Source: Mesotaenium endlicherianum
Taxonomy: Eukaryota
DNA: 48,361 bases
Assembly: GCA_009602735.1 (NCBI GenBank)
Contig: WELA01003242.1
Location: 58,208-106,568 of the forward strand
Direction of reading: 5' to 3'
The notes under the pieces: model-generated
The model's input: only the letters and a program-made list of their open reading frames with translations
What the model was told of the DNA's origin: nothing
The model's database searches: none
Program-made: the position numbers and the translations under genes
Part shown: positions 23,782 to 37,166 of the stretch, piece after piece
Layout of the letters: each line of letters starts with the position of its first letter
Numbering within the stretch: position 1 is the first letter of the stretch

Positions 23782-26460
23782 ATGTCTATTCCCTCCACGT
23801 CATCCGCGTCGGCACTTGCTGCAGGGTCATCATCTGCAAGGCTACCTCGTTTGAGCAATGCAATAGAGTGGGGCCATGTGTCGGTCAAGTGGAGTGGGGC
23901 TACTCGGAAGTGGAAATGCAACTACTGCAGTAGTGAATTTGGCGGGGGAGTTCCTAGAATTCGCGGTCATTTTACGGGAGGGAGCAAGGATATTGGTGAG
24001 TGTGCAAAGGTACCCACAGAGGTTGTGGCGCTCATGATTAGGCGTCACCAGAACGTGTCGTCCATGGGGGAGGGCAAGAGACGTAGTAAGAGTGTCGTAG
24101 AGGAAAGACGTAGCCGCTTGCTTGGAAGGCCTTCTGCTGGTAATGGGGTTGGATATACCAGTCCAATTGCAAGTGTTGGGGGGGTAGGCTATGAGAGAGA
24201 GAGAGGACAAACGTCTCTCAATGACATGTTTCAGCGGATGAATGCTGATAAAGTTCATGAGGTAGTTGCCCGCTTTTTTTATGGTACTGGTTCTTCTTTC
24301 AATGTGGCTCGCTCCCCGTTGTTTAAGGACATGTTGGTTGCTGTCAGTAAGTACACACAGCAAACTGGTGTAGTGTACACCCCATTGAAAGACAAGCCTC
24401 TTGGAAGTGCTCTCTTAGATGCGGAGGTCAAGAGGCTAGAAGCGTGGGAGCAGACTCAGAAGAAGGGGTTGCCCTTTACAGGTTGTAGCGTTGTAGCAGA
24501 TGGCTGGACAGATCCAAGCGGTCACCCTCTTCTGAATGTCCTCATGGTCATAGCAGGTGTGGAGATATTTGTAGATGCTATCAATACCGAAGGGGAGAGG
24601 AAGACGGGAGAGTACATTGGTGAGCAGCTCCTTAAAGCAAGGTTACGCCATACGTTCATACGCTTAATACGCTAGATACGCTAGTTCGCTAAATTCGTTA
24701 CAGCAAAAATTGCTTGATACGCTTAGTACGCATCACAATTTACGCCTTATTTTACGGCATGTGTACAAAATTACTCCAGTCGACTTCTTTGAGAACTTTG
24801 AAGGCATATGACACTTCTTAGGACGGTACACCATGCTTTGAATACAATCTCTTGACCTCCCCCCTCCAAACGAATAAGTTTCATTTTTACACTTCAATTT
24901 TATCCAAATACGCTTAATACACTATACGCTATTTACACGCTGAATACGCCTAATTTTTTGGGCTGATACGCGTATGGCGTAACCTTGCCTTAAAGCTGTG
25001 GAGAAAATAGGGCCTGAGCATGTTGTACTTCTTTGCACTGACTCTGCAGCCAACATCAAGAAGGGGTGTGAGTTAGTTCAGAGAGAGCACCCGCACATAT
25101 TTTGGGCACCGTGTGCTGCCCACATCCTAGACCTGCTGTTGAAAGATCTAGGCAAGATCCCCGAGCTAGCGGACATCGTTGAGAGATTCAAAATTTTGGT
25201 TCAATTTGTGACTAACCACCATATGCCTCATGCACTCTATCGTGAGCATGGAGCGAGGCTATTGAATAAGTTAGAGTTGTTGAAACCAGGACCTACCAGA
25301 TTTGCAAGTAACTTTCTTTGCTTGCAGAGGCTGATCAGTGTCAGGGATACATTACAAGCCATGGTGTCTGATAGTAGGTGGCTTGAGTGGGCAGCGATGA
25401 ACAATTGTGTGAGTGAGGCAACACGGATTAGGGATTTAATTCGTGACGATCCAGTTTGGGAGAAAATGAAAGTGTGGGTGGATGTGTGTGAGCCGATAGT
25501 GGTGCTTCTGCGTTTGGTGGATTCTTCAACGCCTTCATTAGGAAAAATTTGGCATCGGATGAGTGGGATCCAGAAGCATATTGCCAATTCACCAAGTCTC
25601 AAGGCTAGTCACAAGACCCAAGCAAAGAAGGAAGTGGAGGCACGTTGGGAGCAGCTTCACAGTCCGCTCCATTCTGCAGGCAAGTGTTCATACTTGATGC
25701 TTCTTCTTATGTTCTCCATGGCATTAACATTATTTATTATGTTATTTAAATTTTGGCAAGCAATTTTGCCGGGCTAGCTTGTTGCTGTCAGGTGTTGCTA
25801 TAAGGCAATGGTGTATGTAAGTCTTTGTGCGTCCTGCTGAGCATTATTGTTTTTGTGGTTGCAGCATACTATCTGGACCCCGAGTTCCAGGACCATGACT
25901 CTTGGACCGCCGACAGGTGCCTACTCCCAGAGTACATGCAGGTGGTCAAGTGCATCATTGGAGGATCTGTAGCAGAACGTGCTAAGGTGGACCAAGAGTT
26001 GGCGCTCTATCGCCGATGTGGCGTCGCGTTCGGCGATGATGTTGTGAAGGCTAACAAGACCAAGATGCCAGCTCACATTTGGTGGGAAACATACGGAAGT
26101 GCGTGTCCTAACCTTCAAAGGGTTGCTATAAAAGTTCTCTCGCAACCTGCTTCTGCTGCTGCGTGTGAGAGAAACTGGTCTGAGTATGGTTTTGTTCATA
26201 ACCCGCTACGAAATAGGCTGCTTGCAACGAGAGCAAGGAAGCTAGTGTATGTGCATTCCATGTTGAGGCTGCAAGAGAAGAGTGTGAAGTTGCTAAGCGC
26301 AGAAAGCGTTGGAGAAACGTCTTGGGTGGAGGAAGCAGACTTTGTGCAAGCGTCTGAAGAGGAGGTAGTACCTTCCCAAGATAACGTTGAGTTGTCTGAG
26401 GAAGAAGAGGCAAAGGAGGAGGTGGAGGAGCTGCCTCTTACTGTGGCAGCTCCAGGTTGA
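23782..26460 (+). pseudogene. hAT transposase (BED finger, DUF659-type core, C-terminal dimerisation domain), disrupted by a MITE
   Basis: WKCNYC..RIRGHF..C; DGWTD; CTDSAAN; WAPCAAHILDL; TRF; WW..YG..PNLQRVAIKVLSQPASAAACERNWS. Segments 23782-24637, 24996-25679 and 25865-26460; true start uncertain. Confidence 0.93.
24638..24987. mobile_element. 350-bp hAT MITE
   Basis: 17-bp TIR CAAGGTTACGCCATACG; perfect 8-bp TSD CCTTAAAG (24630-24637, 24988-24995). Confidence 0.97.
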
Positions 26461-27493
26461 AGAAGATTCAGGTCAATTGACTACTAGTCTTTATATGTAG
26501 CTTGCATGTGATTAACAGGAAAAAACAAAACTGGAAGAGTCTTAATATATTTTATTATAATGTTGAATCCTATTAGCTTGCAAGTTATTTTTACCACCTT
26601 ATGACAGAACGGCAAGATAAGTAAGGACCATCTTATGACAAAGGTAGGATTTGCATGTCATTGATGATTTGTATGAGTTTTTTTTTTGCAATCATGTAAC
26701 ATTAAATTGTTGACACATGAACTTTAATTTGCTATTACATGAACCATTATTAAAGAAGTGGTAGGATACGTATTGTTGCATATTTATCTGGTTAAGAAGC
26801 AATTCATACGTTATTGACCATGTAGGTAACTTGTAACTTGTGCACTAAAAGTTACCACGCATACACATTTTGCGCTTCAAAATGTGTACCCAAAACTCTC
26901 TTCATGTGTAATTGGAAATCATTTTTCTTATCATAACAACCTATATGACTCTGTCTTGAACAAGGAGAGAATTTGACTTAAATTTGGACACAGCTAATGA
27001 GGAAATTTGCCAAATAATATGAATCACAAATAGAGGATAAAATATCAAATAATCCAACATGCCATACACCAAACATGGAGTGTAATATGCACTTGTTTAT
27101 AGATAAAACATACACCATCTTGAATGGACATAGTGATAAGTTACTGTGATTATAGTGTGCATCATTCACATTTTGCTGCCAGCACCGACGGCCAACTGGG
27201 TGAAGGGGAAAAAAAAAACTTCAAAAGTTTCCGTAATATATTTTTTCTTTAACAAAAAACGCCTTCATTAGGAAAAAAATTTGTTGCTGCTCGGTTTACT
27301 CAAAAGAAAGTACAATTGTACGGTTACGCGTGCGATCGTCAGGACTTACCGTCGACGTTCAAACTTAACGTCGTGACGTCGACATTAGCACGTATTAAGC
27401 GTATCAGGCGTATTGAGCTATTTTGTTACATAACGAATTTAGCGTATTAGCGTTTATAGCGTATATAGCGTACTAACGTATGGTGTAACTCTG

Positions 27494-28261
27494 CATGTTA
27501 ACCCAGTGGTGCAACCAGTTATTCCACCCGCATCAGGAGTGCGTGCGCCTAAGCCTAAAGTTTATACTGGAGAGCGTGGATCACCGCCTGTTCATCAGTG
27601 GATTTTTGGAGTGAAGAAATTTATGGAGTATTCTGCGCCCGACAGGCAAGTCGCCTTTGTCATAACTTTGCTGCAGAAGAGTGCTGGAGCTTGGTATGAA
27701 CGAGAAGAGCAGCTGTCTGGAGTTCCTGCTACTTTTGATCAGCTATTTGAAGGCTTGAAGAGGCAATTTCAACCTATTGCACCCGAGGCTACCGCTCGAG
27801 ATCTATTGGTGCGCCTTCGTCAGCGAGGAAGCGTTCAGGAGTATGTTTCGCGCTTCAACGAGCTGGTGCTTCAATGCCCATCCATGCACGAGTCAAAGAT
27901 GATGGACAAGTTCAAAAGGGGACTCAAGCCAACTGTGGCCAAGGAAGTGGCGCTCAAGGACCCTACCAGTCTTGGGGAAATGATGGCATTGGCAACAAGG
28001 GTCGACGCTGTGGAGTATAGTCAGAGGCAGTGGGGCAGCCACAACTTTGGAGGATATCGACACTTTGGATCTCAAGCGCCAAGCACGAGTGTTCAAGGTC
28101 CAATACCCATGGAGTTGGGACTTGTGCAGTACCAGCGCAGGCAGCAGAATTTCAAGCTAAGAGGACCCTGCTATAATTGCGGCAAGCTTGGACATCTGGC
28201 TCGAGACAGTCATGTGAAGGCGAAGCAACCTCAACAGCAGGAAAAAGGAGGACGCCAGTAA
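27494..28261 (+). pseudogene. gag: 3' part of C gag
   Basis: LRQRGSVQEYVSRF, FKRGLK, PMELG; decayed knuckle CYNCGKLGHLARDS. Confidence 0.92.
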
Positions 28262-31200
28262 GTCGTTTTGGGGTGTCTACTTGCGTGAAGACGAGAACTC
28301 ACAAGGAGGTTATCCCCAGGAGCCTGCCGAGAAGCGGAAGACGTGATGTTGACAAGCCTATTATCGTGGAAGGAGTAGTCGACGGCAACAAGGCGAAGTG
28401 TATGGTCGACAGTGGCGCAAGTGCAAACTTTGTGCACAAGAAGCTGGTGAAAGAGTGGCGAGTCCCTGTGCAGAAGCATAATGAGCCTAAGGAGGCAATT
28501 TTGGCAAATGTGCAGAGACTCAAGTGTGGTGCACCTACGGAAGCTATTCACGTGGAAGTAGCGGGGCACCAGAGTGCTGAAGTTATGGAGCAGGCAAAGT
28601 TAGGTCACCATGAGGTCATATTTGGCCGACCATGGCTGAGAAAAGCCAACCCTCAAGTGCACTGGAGCACAGGACAAGGTCCAAGGGCGTGATGGTCGAA
28701 TGGAGACAGCGAAACAGGTGGAGGTAGATACGACCACAAGTAACTGTCTTCTGTCGAGCCTGCAAGTTAAGAAGCTATGCAGGGCGAATCAGGTGAAGGA
28801 GATGCACCTTGTTTCGGTGGCCCTAGCCAGGTCATCAGATGGAGCAAGCTTGAATCCTAACAGCCTGGGCGAATGTACATCGCCGGAGGAGCAAGTAGTG
28901 GTGTCTGATCCCCTTGCTCAGAAGGAGCAGAGCCCAACTGCTCAAGAGAAGAAGCCTGCTGAGATGCCTGCCCAAATTAAGGCGCTGTTGGAGGAGTTCA
29001 AGTGCGTATTTCCTGAGGAGCTACCTACAGGATTACCTCCACAGAGAGCTATGGAGCACAAGATTGAGTTGGAACCAGGGAGCAAGCCACCAGTGAGACC
29101 CGCCTATCGACAATCGTTTGCGGAGTTGGATGAGTTGAAGAAGCAGCTGACAGAGTTGTTGGAGAAGGGATTCATCCGACCCAGCGAGTCTCCATTTGCA
29201 GCGCCAGTCTTATTTGTAAAGAAGGAGGATGGGACTATGAGGATGTGTGTCGACTACCGGGCTCTCAACAAGGTCACCATCAAGAACAGGTACCCACTTC
29301 CACGAGTGGACGAGTTGATTGACAGGCTTGTCGGGGCGAAGTATTTCTCGAAGATCGATTTGAGGAGTGGCTATCACCAGGTACGGATTGCGGAAAGAGA
29401 CGTTCAGAAGACTGCTTTCAGAACTCGCTATCGTTTGTTTGAGTTCACAGTCATGTCTTCTGGATTGACTAATGCACCTGCTACATTCATGGGACTCATG
29501 AATAGTATCTTCAGACCCTACTTGGACCAGTTTGTGGTGGTATTTTTGGACGACATCCTGATCTATTCGAAGACCTTGGAAGAGCATGTGGAGCATCTGA
29601 GGAAGGTGTTGGAGGTCTTGAGAGATCAGAAGCTATATGGGAAGATGAGCAAGTGCGACTTCTGTCTCAAGGAGGTCGAGTTTCTTGGACACATAGTGGG
29701 AGCTGAAGGAGTCAAGGTGGAGCAGAAGAAGGTGCAAGCAGTCAGAGATTGGCCGGTACCTGCTGATATTCATCGACTCAGAAGTTTCCTCGGCATGGCA
29801 AATTATTATCGACGTTTCATTGAAGGATTTGCCAAGGTGTGTGCACCGCTCACGGACATGTTGAAGAAGCAGGAGAAGTGGGTATGGGGTGACAAGGAGC
29901 AACAAGCATTTGAGAAGATTAAGGAGCTGTTGACACAGGCACCTTTGTTGGCAATTGCAAGTCCAGAGCTTCCTTTCACCATCATCACACACGCGTCAAA
30001 CTTTGCAGTGGGAGCCATTCTTCTCTAGGACCAGGGCAAAGGATAGCAGCCTGTGGCATATGAGAGCAGGAAGTTGAGTCCTCCTGAGCAAAACTATGCA
30101 GCACACGAGCGGGAGATGTTGGCTATTATCCAGGCTTTGAGGATTTGGCGATGTTATGTGGACGGCCGGAAGGTGTTCATCAAGACCGACCACAAGAGCT
30201 TGGAGAAGTTTATGACGCAACCAACGTTGACACCAAGACAGGCAAGTTGGATGGAGTTTCTGCAACAGTTCGACCACAAGATTGAGTATTTACCTGGGAA
30301 GATCAACCCTGCAGACGCTTTATCCAGGAGGTGTGACCTTGCAGCTGTCTCAGTCATCAAGGAGAATATGGACTTCAAGGAGAAGCTTCAAAGAGGTTAT
30401 GAGGAGGACCCACAGTTTGCTGATGGTGGAGCAGCGGAGTTCAACGCGAGTATGCAGAAGAAGGACGGCATATGGTATTATGGTGATTCCAACAGAGTGG
30501 TGGTACCTGACATCAAGGAGCTACGAGACTTACTGCTTGCGGAGCATCATGAGTGCTTATATGCTGGAGTCTTTGGAAGCGAGAAGACGGCAAGCGTGCT
30601 GAAGCGGGAATACTACTGGAGAAATATGGACAAGGACATCGAGGAGTGGATCAGGAGTTGCGATGCGTGCCAGAGAAACAAGACACCAAATCAAAAGAAG
30701 GGAGGTACATTGCGGCCCCTGCCTATTCCAGAGGATCCTTGGGAGCAGATTGCTATGGACTTCATCACATCGTTACCAGTCAGTGGTCAAGGGCACGATG
30801 CAGTATGGGTAGTGTCTGACAGACTCAGCAAGATGGCTCACTTCATTCCCATGAAGGNCGGAGGAGACGTGTACGGCAGCAGATGTGGCACGGCTATTCT
30901 TTGATCATATTTTCAGGCTACATGGGTTGCCGAAGGTGATTGTTTCTGATCTGGATTCAAGGTTTACTAGCAACTTCTGGCGGTCGTTGTTTACTTTGAT
31001 GGGGACCAAGCTGAGTATGAGCACTTCCTATCATCCTCAGACAGACGGGCAAAGTGAGAGGCTCAACAGAACTCTGCAAGAGGTGCTCAGGAGTTTTGCT
31101 TTGGAGGACCCTTCAGAGTGGGACAAGAACTTGCCAGGACCGGAGTTTGCCTACAACAATAGCATGCAGGGATTGACCAAGCAGTCACAATTCGCTATGG

Positions 31201-31862
31201 TTTATGGGCGAAAAGTATATCATCCAGGGAACATCTTGTTGGAGAAGGCCAAGGAGACTCAGGTTCCTACTACACAAGCTTTTATGGAGCAGATGGCCAA
31301 GACTTGGGATATGGCGAAGACGTGTATTCGGAAGGCACAGGAAGAGCAGGTCAAGCATGCTAACAAGCACAGGAGGGAAGTGACATTCCATGTGGGCGAC
31401 AAAGTACTCTTGTCAACAGAGAACCTACCTTTCACAAGCAAGAGGAAATTGCGGGCACGGTTTACAGGTCCCTTTGTGGTGCTCAAGCAGGTGAATCCAG
31501 TGACCTACAAGTTGGAACTTCCTTCAGGCTGGCGTATCCATGATGTGTTCCATGTCAGTTGTTTGCGACCATACGTTGACCCGAATGAAGGACATCCTAG
31601 ACGACTACCTACACCGCCACCACCGGTCGAGATCGATGATGTATTGGAGTATGAAGTGGAGGCGATTGTCGGCGATCGACGAGTCAAGCGAGGTCAACGA
31701 TTTGTCCAAGAGTATCTGGTCAAGTGGAAAGGCTACCATGCGGACGACAACACTTGGGAGCCAGAGGCCAACTTGACTCATTGTAAGAGTAAGTTGAGAC
31801 GTTATTTGCAGAATGCGTCGAGGACGTCGCATCTTGAGGAGGGGGATGATGCAAGGTCATAG
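28230..31862 (+). pseudogene. pol: pol of C (PR-RT-RH-INT-chromodomain) with stops and frameshifts
   Basis: [41 protein letters not shown], chromodomain EYEVEAIV..YLVKWKGY..NTWEP. Confidence 0.95.
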
Positions 31863-32602
31863 GTTTGTAAAGTGCATTTTTGAGTTTCATGAAAGTATGT
31901 TTTGATTGTGTAATAGTGTAGAGTGCATTTTTGTGGTCATTTTGATATAAAGTTCATCGAATTTGGTCAAGTATTGAGAGAGTTATGGATTTCCGAAGTT
32001 TAATTAGTTTTGAGGTCGATTGACGACTGTCCTTAATTCGCGGTGAGCGCGACCGTCGGACTGACCGACAGCGTCGAGCGATCTGGCCCGTTAGAATGAA
32101 CTCGAACCTTCACGTAAGTTCGGCTGACGCGGAGTGCCGACTAGGTCGATTTACCTAGAAGTTTCGGTTTAGCCTAGCGCGTCTAAGATAGAATATTCTA
32201 GTAATGTCGATGCATGTATGTGGACGTCAATTCGGCCCGACNGGCCCGACACGTCGGATTAGACTGATCTGGCTTACTAACGAATATTCTGGAAGGGACG
32301 ATTTGACGAACACTTAGGAAAATCCGTAGCTTCCTCCTAGGGAGGAGTACTTAGGCAGAAAATTAAAAATAGGCATAACTTCTTTGTTTCTTATCAATTT
32401 TCACTTCTATAAATTCCTACGGGTTAGTAATTACAAGGCCTTTCATCCTACATCATTTGTGAGCAGTTTCTTGCCACTCAAAATGTCAAGTAATTTTCTT
32501 AAGCTTTCTTAGTAATATGCCGCTGCACTCTTGAGTATGATTGCAACAAGCTTTGTTCCTCGTGAGTCACTACGCTTCCACTAGGGCACTCTGCCCCTTT
32601 CA
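31850..32602 (+). repeat. 3' LTR of C
   Basis: Follows the PPT; matches 19169-19920. Confidence 0.96.
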
Positions 32603-32607
32603 CTGAG

Positions 32608-34852
32608 GCAGTTCTCAATTGGAAAAGACTCTCTTTCAGGTCCCTTGCTGTCAATCCTAGAGCTTTCACAGCTCGCTTTCACAGGATGACTGGCTGTGCG
32701 CCCGTATCCAACAAAATGATGGGGGCTGCCCAGTTGTTGAATATTAGTGCACCATCCCTATTCTGCACTCTCACAGTGCTGATATTGGTAGGCAATGAGG
32801 CGCTGTTTGCACCTTCCTCAGCTATATCCAGCTGAAGTCCGGCTTCTTCAAGCGTGAACGAGTAGGTGATATGCAAATTAGCGAGAGAAAGCAAAGGAGC
32901 ATGCTGGATCCGGTGTTCCACCAGGGTCCTCAGCTTCTCTAGCAAAAATATAAATTTCTTACGCGTCCCAGGCCTGGCTTGTCGCAGTTGCGAAATCTCA
33001 TTTTCATCCAGAGAAATCCGAAAAGTCTGAGAAAGCTTTCCAGCATTCCTTTGCACCAGACGGTCGTGATCTGCTCGCTCGGCAGTCGTTGCACCCACGG
33101 CTTTTTTAGGCATTAGTTTCTTGCCTTTGCAGACGGTCCTTTCCGCAACATCTGCATCATAGTAGACATTAGGCGCATTTAGTTTTGCAAATTGAGCTTT
33201 CAACTCAGCGATTGCTGCACACATAGCGTCGTACTTCTGGTTACCCTTGCGGTTGCCAGAGCCACCCTTTTCTTTCTTTTTCTCCTTGTCTGCCTCTTTC
33301 ATGGCAGCATTCGCCCATGGCGGCTTTACATTTGGATTCTTAGACCAGCACTCATCTTCTGAGTGTCCCTTCTTGGTGCAATGTGCGCATATCTTTGCCT
33401 TGCTACCAGATAGTTGCTTAACATCCAGGTACGGACAATCTCTCTTCTGGTGTCGTGATTTCCCGCGATTCCAACAACCCTCTGCTATTTCAGCAGTGTT
33501 GGCGTGCTTAGCAAACTTATTGAAAGACCCGCTCTTTCTCTTAAACCGAAAATTGGAGCCGTTGGCCTTAGGCGGAGAGGATTCCTCCCTCCTCTCAGGA
33601 GCCATAAGCATCCTAGAAGCCTCCTTATACCACACTTTACCTTCTTCGACATTGCGTGCTATTTCAGCCGCCTCGTCAATGTCCCAATCAATCCCGTGTT
33701 TCGCGGACGGGTGTGGCCCGACTTCACAATCTGTTGCCTTGCCCAAGCACAACAGAAACTTGTCAGCCACTATTCTGGGCTCGTATATTTTTGCCTTTTT
33801 GGCGAGGTTTACCAATCTGGATTTAACCTTTATGATTGTCTCGCTCTTCTGACGAACAAAATGCACATAACGGTGCACCTTAAGACTGCAATCCTCTGGG
33901 AATCGTGCTTCAAGCAACTCAAAATAACGACGCAGGCAATGCTCGGAGTCTAGTTGGTCATCCCCAGCCTCCATATCCTTACGATAGCTAGCCAAGGCTT
34001 GCGCATGGCTTGCCTCTGTCGTGGCGCTATCGCCTTGCTGACCGTTAAAAGGTGCAGCTCTGCGCGTTACTCGTTCCTGAGCATTAGCAATCTTTTTGGA
34101 CAGTTCTGCACACACCTTTCGCAACTCTGCGGAAGAGCCGGCATCATCATTCTGAGTTGCAGCCCTTTGTTGGCCCTCAGTGAGTTGCCTCATGGCCTCT
34201 GTTAATTCTTGTGTTAGTGCAACTAAGTCTATGCTCTCAACAGGTGCAATTGGCACTCCTCTTCCTGAAGATAAAGAAGACATTCGGGCTTTCGCAGCCT
34301 CTTTCTGAATTTTCAAATCCCTTGCCCTTTTTTGCTCTCCAAATGCCCGTTCTTGAGTGAGATCCTCATCCTTCCGGAATTGGCGATATAGCAACAAGAC
34401 ATCCTTATCTAAGTACTGAACCAAGCCTATTATTGCGACAGATTGCGTATGAGAAGAATTCTTCCGAATCTTCTCAAAGAATTCTGCCCAATAGATCTCA
34501 TCAAACTCTTCAAAAGTGAGACCGTTTCCACTGGTTCGTCCATTAAAACACTTTGCAGACAGCTTGAACTTAGGATTTTCATCCCGATCATCACCGGCCA
34601 TTTCGAACGGTGACCAGGACTCACTGACTTTACCCCACACATCTTGCTCTCTGCCCGAATTAGGTGCAAAGGCTCGTGTGTTATCCGAGTTCTCATTGCT
34701 TGCGGAGATATGGCGAGACTCGTCTCTCGACGGTTGCTCACTCCACCGGTTGATGTATGCTCAGACGTCTCACTTCCTCGTGGACTCTGGCTAGAGTCAG
34801 AACCTTCTGCAGGCTCCACAAAGTGGTAGAGTCTTCCACTCCTCAATCGCAT
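32608..34852 (-). pseudogene. gag: Gag and N-terminal protease half of D
   Basis: 653-aa ORF with knuckles CWNRGKSRHQKRDC (decayed) and CAHCTKKGHSEDEC, ending in LLDTGA. Possible start MRLRSGR at 34852 would need a frameshift. Confidence 0.85.
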
Positions 34853-35894
34853 ATACAGCTGAATTTCTCCGGGTCCACTTCCACGTTGATTACCGCCAGC
34901 CTTCACAGGCCTAAATCCCCAACTGGCTTGGGAAATCTTGTTCACCTGAACCAATCAACCCCGAAGTTCTCAGAAGTAGGACAGAAGCGTCTTACTTCCA
35001 CGCAGGCTTTCGCCCAAGTTGAGGGTTTACAAAATGAACAAGTTTGTAGTTTGCAAAAATCACGTCTAAGCAGCTTAACAAGCAATGCCAGATTCAGAGA
35101 AAATTGCCCTTCAAGGCTTTCGCTTAACTTTCACAAGTCACAGCTTACAAAACTCTGAAACTGCACATCTATGCTGGCCTGGTCTGAGCTCTTCGCTCAA
35201 CGCCGTGCCTTAACAACTCTTCACTGCTTGGCTGGGCTCACTCAGTTCCTTCACTGAGAGCTTTACTTGTTGTCGTGCGCTAGGAGGTTGGGTGCGTACT
35301 ATCGACACAAGCAATGCATAATAAGCAAGCAGGCTTTGCTGGAATGAAGTCTACAATACATGGGGCTTTATAGCCAAAAAGGGAGGCAAGTGCTGGATGT
35401 TTCAATCAAGGGAGAGTGTACTCTCCAAAGTGAGCACCTCAAGATTGTAATCTGGTAGGAAAACAACTAATGAAGTCTGGCCCAAAAGATCACTGGAAGC
35501 ACATCATGATCTTCAAGAGTAGTCCTATGGCAGAGGGTATAAGCTGTGACTTTGCTCACCACTTGTGAAGTTCTTCTAGTGACTGGAAGCCAGCAAGGCT
35601 TGCTCTTCACAAGAGAGAGACTAAGTGGTCCTGAAAACACAAGATATAAAAGTGTAAGCTTTACTTATAATCTCTGTGACTCACAACTGGCATAATGGGA
35701 CTACTAAAAAGATGTTCCTCTAGGGACATCTCTAGTACTTATACTCCTGGAAACCCGGCGGGTTAGGCGCGGATTCAATGCATGTAGTCTTCATCTAAGA
35801 TCTACCTTTGCATACAGACACATATACCTATTGTGCTAGCGCTCCAATAGGCTAGTTACTACTCAATCCAATCAAAAGCGAGATGCTAGAATAT

Positions 35895-36397
35895 TGTAGT
35901 GAAACGAATAGATAAAGTACTTAGTAAAACAGAATACTTTATCTATTCAAGACAAGGATCTTTGAACACAAGTGGTAGCTTCTTGAAAGAGAGATGGCTT
36001 CTTGAAAGTTAATATATTTCTGGATTTTGGCAAGTACAAGAGTGATTCTCCAATGTCTTTCTATGTTCTAGCTCTTGTTTATATACTTGCTACATAAGTA
36101 ATTTCTAGGAAGGTGTATGTTGATGTGTTGGCACCCAACACATCCCAAAACTTGCCACCTCTTTCTAGAATAATGTACACATGTCCTTTTGACCTAAAAA
36201 TGGCACATTTGACTTTTGCCACATGGAGTTCTTCTAGGTCTTTCCTCTAACTTCGAAAATGCCTTGGAAGGTTCAAAGGACATGAACCAAGTTACTAGAG
36301 TACCTATTCACACTTGACTCCACACAATACTACTCCAAATATATTTGAAAACATTAAAATATATGCAAACTAATATATAATAACTCAAATCACTACA
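35895..36397 (-). repeat. 3' LTR of A
   Basis: TGTAGT...ACTACA, adjacent to the PPT. Confidence 0.97.
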
Positions 36398-36434
36398 TCA
36401 CCCCCCCGATAGAAAAAGCGACGTCTCGGCGCGT

Positions 36435-36560
36435 CAAGTCAGGTCTTACACATGTGGAGCAAACTAGTCAACAGTTTCAAGTCAGATGCCACACATGTGA
36501 AGAGGACTAGTCAAAGGCGCCAAGTCAGGTGCTACACATGTAAGGTAGACTAGGCAAGGT
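36435..36560. repeat. Three degenerate 43-bp tandem repeats in the 3' untranslated region of A
   Basis: CAAGTCAG..ACACATGT..ACTAG at 36435, 36478, 36521. Confidence 0.8.
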
Positions 36561-37166
36561 CGTAGGTGGTGTGACCTTATTGGCTAGCCTACTCCTTAAT
36601 GATAAAGAAAATTGTACAAGTTGGCCCAGAATCTGCCACGAACTCAAAAATTCATAGCGGCCACAGAACTGCTCCAAATCTGAAAATTCGAGTGCCAGAC
36701 GGACCGCGTCGGAGAACTCTACCGGGTCACCAAATTTGAGAGCATTCTCATTTCTGGAGTGTCGTTGAGAGCTGAGAGAGTAGGCACTCCTCCAAATCTG
36801 TGCAGAAACTTCTGAAAATCATAAGTCCTTCTATACTTCTCCAAATTCTGCAAACTAAGTCTCAAACTGGGCGCTGTAAGATGTTCTACCAGAGTCTTGA
36901 GTTTCAGAGCATTCCAAGTTCAGGGGAGGGCACAATGTCAGAAGGCATATTCTGCCCTAACAATGCCAGCAGCCTGACCCCCTTCTACTTAGAGCATCAT
37001 ATCTCTCTCACCAGTGCTCCAAATTGAGCAAACTTGGACTCTAAATGACCGGCTACTCATGGACTACAGCCAGGTAAATTTTCAGAATTTATTATGCAGA
37101 GACCTATTACCAGTAGCAGTTTTAGTTTTCTGTCCAGAAACTGCGAGAAGAGAAGAGTGTCTAATG

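Larger units (their letters stand above)
20224..27493 (+). mobile_element. hAT DNA transposon with transposase and captured sequence
   Basis: Imperfect TIRs CATGGTTACGCCGTACG / CAGAGTTACACCATACG (rc); 8-bp TSD CATGTTGA / CATGTTAA (7/8); subterminal TACGC repeats; removing it restores the C gag frame. Confidence 0.93.
19169..32602 (+). mobile_element. Ty3/Gypsy chromovirus C, full length but defective
   Basis: Two LTRs; TSD CTGAG (19164-19168, 32603-32607); PBS TGGTATTGGAGC 19923-19934; PPT GAGGAGGGGGATGA 31836-31849. Confidence 0.97.
11915..34852 (-). mobile_element. Decayed Ty3/Gypsy element D carrying a C5 DNA methyltransferase and a C-terminal PHD finger (coding body; outer limits unresolved)
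   Basis: Collinear minus-strand Gag-PR-MTase-linker-RT-RH-INT-PHD. Frames rejoin in phase when the inserts at 16728-17230 and 19169-32602 are removed. PPT-like AAAGGGAGGGG (11915-11925) is followed by TGTAAG at 11914. No matching LTR pair found. Confidence 0.88.
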
